From: Psammoneis japonica
Taxonomy: Eukaryota
Direction of reading: 5' to 3'
NCBI GenBank assembly: GCA_008632985.1
Contig: QPGO01000009.1
Span: 372,001-436,000 of the forward strand
Length of the DNA stretch: 64,000 nt
Part shown: in pieces, positions 61,040 through 64,000 of the stretch
Layout: each line of letters opens with the position of its first letter
Position numbering within the stretch: the first letter of the stretch is position 1
Made by a program: the position numbers and the translations under genes
The notes under the pieces: generated by a model
The model's input: only the letters and a program-made list of their open reading frames with translations
Databases searched by the model: none
What the model was told of the DNA's origin: nothing

Positions 61040-61794
61040 AAAGAAATGTCCTCTCAAGAAAAAAATGTGTCATTGTCGTCATGATTGTTGGCATTGTGGC
61101 GCTCTTCATGGGAGGGTGAGTGTCTCCGAGCAGGGCCCACGGAACAAACAACTCACCATCCGTCAGCTCCGTTGTTGTCATTGTCACATGGCTGCTTGCA
61201 CTAACACTGCATGCTCTCATTCCAGTCACGCATTTGTTCTACAGTGGAGACTCCATGTCGAGTGAAAAGAGTGATGGCAAAGATGTCTGTGGCTTGTCGT
61301 CTCAAATGTTTGGCATTTTGCTCTTGTTCGTCAGCATCTGCTTTGACGGTGGCACAGGTGCGTGCGAGGACAAGCTCCAAGCTCATGACCAGTGTCCATT
61401 CAATGTTCAATTGGGCAAAACCATCTTGGCCGGTGCGTCAATCCTTGCAGACCTGCTCAGTGAAGTTCGTGCCCTTTTGCAAACGGGCTTTTTGTTGGTG
61501 GCTCTCGGTTTGAGTGGTGCACTCAGACAAGTTTTTTTTGTTGCCATTGCCAAATTTGGGGCCCTGACGTGTTCCATCATTGGATTGGCACACAAGGTTG
61601 TTTTTTGTGGACATTCCTCGAGTGGGACTCAATTTTGCGGACTCGTCGTGAGTGTGTCTGCCATGGTTCTCACCTTTTTTGGACATCATCATAATCAACA
61701 ACGGCAGCAGCAGCAGACAACACCAGAGGATGAAGAAATGGAAAAGACACTTCCCGATGAACTGCGCCGATCATCCAAGCAGCAGCGATGTTGA
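61040..61794 (+). pseudogene. UAA-family nucleotide-sugar (UDP-galactose, SLC35B-like) transporter pseudogene
   Basis: GILLLFVSICFDGGTGACEDKL (AYEDKL expected) and IAKFGALTCSIIGLA; internal deletions; TpA-depleted. Confidence 0.75.
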
Positions 61795-63229
61795 GCAAGG
61801 TCTGCTTGCTGAGAGTGGAACAGAAAACAAGCATGGTGCTTCTCTCGTAGCATGACACACAGGCAACAATGGTGCGCTGTTTGACTTGTTGTGATGATTC
61901 GCAGCATGCTGATGCAAGCAGCGCGCCATTCATCATGATTTGTGAACCTCTCTAGAGTGTGATTCAAACACCGACAACCAGCTTTGTTTCCACGAATGCC
62001 ACCCCCATTGTCATTTGCTCCAACAGCAAGAATGGTTTCCAAGCGACTGAGAACACAGAAATGCCAAATTGACAATCTGCAGCTCGACCAATCGGTCTCT
62101 GCCCGAGATGGCTCCAGGATGAAATGACAATGCCGCATTCAAACAATCGAACCGATTCTGACCTTGTCCCATTGTTTGTCTTTTGATGGCAAGCTCCGAC
62201 AGCAACAATGACTGCCATGTCCGAGAGCCACACGGAAATCCAAATCGGTCACAATCGGCTTGTCCAGGAACATCTCTGGCGAGAGAAGAACCCAATGGTC
62301 CGAGGCAGAGTCGCATTCAAACAGAAAAGCACCACCAACACAGTCCACATGGTCATGTTTGTCATGTCTCCAATTGCAAGAATGAATCATCTCATCTCCG
62401 TTCAACATGAGGGACTTGCCAAAGTCACAAGCAACCTTTCGTCCAACCAATTCTTGGCCAGTGCCTGTCCATGATTGCTTGTGACTGGGTGGAAGGAGTG
62501 ACAGTGTCGACAGACAACAACCTTTGTTTGGAAACTTGGATGTCATCTGCCGACATCTCCATCATGCATCATTGGTCGTCTCTTTGTTGGTGTTTTTTTG
62601 AGAGCTGCCAATTGCTCACCATGGTGTTGCTCAGCTCACCACGTGCTCACCACGTCTGTCGGCCATCAGGTTCTCGGATGTTCCTGACCCCTCCTCCCCA
62701 CGGCCAGATGCAGTCTCAGTGCATTGTGCATTCAAACCTTTTCAGATTTGAATAAAAACATGAACCGCACCATGCATGTAAGACTCATCTTTGCTTGAGT
62801 GCACATGCTCCAGTGTTCGCGAGCACCGTGAAACCAACAAAAAAGCACGCATCAAGACAAGTCGCTGTCAACACCAACAAAACAACATGAGTCAACCATG
62901 ATGGTTTCAAAACATTCGTCTCCATCACCTTCCCCGATGCGTCGCCACTTTGTTCATTTGCCAATTCCTCCAGCACAACAGGTGATGTTGTTTGTGTGGC
63001 CGTCGCATGCCCACAACTGCCAAAATTAGAGCTTGTTTGTTGACATTTTGTTTCTCACGCTCCAGTGCCTGCCGCAGCTTCTGTCATGAATGAAAACGCT
63101 GTGGTTGCCTTTCCCATGACTGCCATGCCCTGTGCTGTTCCTGATGTGCCTGGTTCAAGAGATGATGAAGGTGCTTTGCCTCTCCTCAACCAGCCACCGA
63201 CAAAATTGTTTGCTGCAACTCAAGCTGTC

Positions 63230-63955
63230 TCTGGCACGCTCCAGCACCTCCCACAGTTGCCACAATGAATCCAATGCTGTCAGCGCCATTCAGGCAACTG
63301 CCACACCCTGCACTGTTCCTGCCACACGTCTTGCTGCAGGCAATGACGTTTCTATGGCTGTCGTGTTCCCAAAATGTCAAAAGTGCGATCGCACTGTCTC
63401 ACGCTCTATTTTGCCACGCTCCAGCGCCTCTAACAGGTGCCACAGTGAGTGCAATGCAGTCAGCACCAATCAGACCCCATGCTGTTCCTGCTGTGCGTGT
63501 TGCCACAGGTGGCAACGTTTCTATGGCTGTCATGTTCCCACAATGTCAAAAGTGCGATGTCACTCTCTCACGCTCTGTTTTGCCACGCTCCAGTGCCTCT
63601 AACAGGCGCCACAGTGAGTGCAATGCAGTCAGCACCATTCAGACCCCACGCTGTTCCTGCCACACGTGTTGCCACAGGCAATGACGTTTCTATGGCCATC
63701 ATGTTCCCACAATGTCAAAAGCACAATGTCACTCTCTCACGCTCTATTTTGCCACGCTGCAGCGCCTCCCACAGTTGCCACAATGGATGCAATGCCGTCA
63801 GCACCATTCAGACAACTGCCACACCCTGCGCTGTTCCTGCCATGCTTGTTGCAACAGGTGATGACGTTTCATGGCTGTCGCATTCCCATGACATCAAAAG
63901 TGTGATCGCACTGTCTCTCACGCTCTATGTTGCCATGCTCCAGCGCCTCCCACAG
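63230..63955. repeat. Tandem repeat, ~4 x 169-181 bp
   Basis: caatgc.gtcagc.cca..ctgttcctgc..acgtttc..tcaaaag..cact.tctc..cgctct..ttgcca.gct.cag.gcctc units starting near 63260, 63441, 63610 and 63779. Confidence 0.9.
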
Positions 63956-64000
63956 AGGATGAATCAACAGAAACGGGAACTGTGTGTCTTTGCACAGTGT

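Overview
Eukaryotic scaffold, most likely from a diatom (diatom-type Copia and Gypsy motifs, a short GT-AG intron, a CBP/p300-like gene), with one 156-N gap. It alternates between two kinds of sequence. (a) Ordinary gene islands carry a MOV10/SDE3-like RNA helicase, an FCP1/SCP-like HAD phosphatase, a CBP/p300-like acetyltransferase, an SRPBCC protein and several frameshifted fragments. (b) Repeat-rich domains carry two Ty3/Gypsy LTR elements, each within or next to an older Ty1/Copia remnant, plus a probable Plavaka remnant, tandem repeats and decayed host-gene copies. The main observation is that in the repeat domains almost every TpA appears as TpG or CpA (A>G on either strand). This turns Tyr codons into Cys/His while leaving ORFs open and, in the younger elements, leaving CpG largely intact. 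The two LTRs of one element differ reciprocally (TG vs CA) at these sites. That points to a post-insertion, DNA-level, repeat-targeted process running opposite to fungal RIP, or to a TpA base modification misread during sequencing. I know of no described system for this but could not search. All counts were made by eye and domain boundaries are approximate.
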